NCBI GenBank assembly: GCA_965234725.1
Contig: CBDDUX010000029.1
Location: 1,752 to 65,751 of the forward strand
DNA length: 64,000 nt
Reading direction: 5' to 3'
Source: Thermoplasmatota archaeon
GTDB taxonomy: Archaea; Thermoplasmatota; Penumbrarchaeia; Penumbrarchaeales; Penumbrarchaeaceae
Of this stretch, positions 63,846-64,000 are shown in pieces (position 1 is the first letter of the stretch; each line of letters starts with the position of its first letter). Under the pieces are notes generated by a model. It saw only the letters and a list, made by a program, of their open reading frames with translations. It did no database searches and was not told the DNA's origin. Made by a program: the position numbers and the translations under genes.

Positions 63846-64000
63846 ATGGAAGTGTCCATCATGCATAGGCCCATGGTACTCAGATATTCCGATGGGGATG
63901 ACACCCCGATGATCGATTCGGAGTTCCTAAAGGTCACAGGTGTAGTTAGTTACTTCACCAGACCCAAGGTAAAAGGGCCCAGGCGTAAAAAGGCAAAGAA
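63846..64000 (+). CDS. Possible partial ORF running off the right edge (unknown function)
   Basis: My own translation from the ATG at 63846 gives MEVSIMHRPMVLRYSDGDDTPMIDSEFLKVTGVVSYFTRPKVKGPRRKKAK.. with no stop before the edge. No family recognised. Confidence 0.25.
   Translation, partial: MEVSIMHRPMVLRYSDGDDTPMIDSEFLKVTGVVSYFTRPKVKGPRRKKAK

Noticed and set aside
1-64000. CRISPR arrays, tRNA/rRNA genes and IS elements
   Set aside because: No regularly spaced short direct repeats were seen. No intergenic region has a tRNA-like GC-rich ~75-nt cloverleaf candidate. All spacers longer than 100 nt look like AT-rich promoter regions. This was inspection by eye only, so small ncRNAs cannot be excluded.

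Overview
The window looks like an archaeal chromosome segment. Evidence: archaeal-type SRP54, fused ADP-forming acetyl-CoA synthetase, class II photolyase, TATA-like promoters, and surface proteins anchored by a single C-terminal TM. It is probably from a planktonic euryarchaeote (Thermoplasmatota-like), but this window alone cannot prove that. I support about 45 CDS. I recognised no rRNA, tRNA, CRISPR array, transposase or integrase.

Five giant genes take up about 24.6 kb (38%) of the window. All encode C-terminally anchored surface proteins, and they fall into two groups:
- Three are right-handed beta-helix/Ig proteins: 662..6598, 44380..49098 and 49186..54882.
- Two are SBBP beta-propeller + FN3 paralogues: 8795..12589 and 54928..59340.

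Housekeeping and accessory blocks lie between them:
- ADP-forming ACS, a UPF0175/PIN-like TA pair, tmk and pepD.
- An NfeD-flotillin operon with uncharacterised partners, then SRP54.
- Two phosphate transporters, each followed by a PhoU-like gene.
- A light-protection island: DUF523-DUF1722 and class II photolyase, followed by crtY, a crtD-like gene, crtW, crtI, crtB and a cruF-like gene.
- CoA-disulfide reductase-rhodanese, nth, an MBL hydrolase, hsp20 and an ABC-2 exporter.

The most interesting observations are:
1. A 17.8-kb surface-protein island (43.1-60.9 kb) in which the three giants carry three different cytoplasmic tails. One tail is a bona fide J-domain placed behind the membrane anchor. 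The others are an acidic-aromatic tail and a Q/P/G-rich tail.
2. A beta-solenoid built from an exact 111-nt (37-aa) period, containing a G9 tract.
3. A 45-bp imperfect direct repeat of the ACS 3' end bracketing the 1264-aa surface gene. All five differences are synonymous third-position changes, which looks like an insertion or replacement footprint.
4. A carotenoid gene set that predicts a monocyclic keto/hydroxy carotenoid.
5. Essential genes (SRP54 and others) whose conserved N-termini have no canonical in-frame start codon.

All functional calls come from reading motifs by eye. No searches were run.
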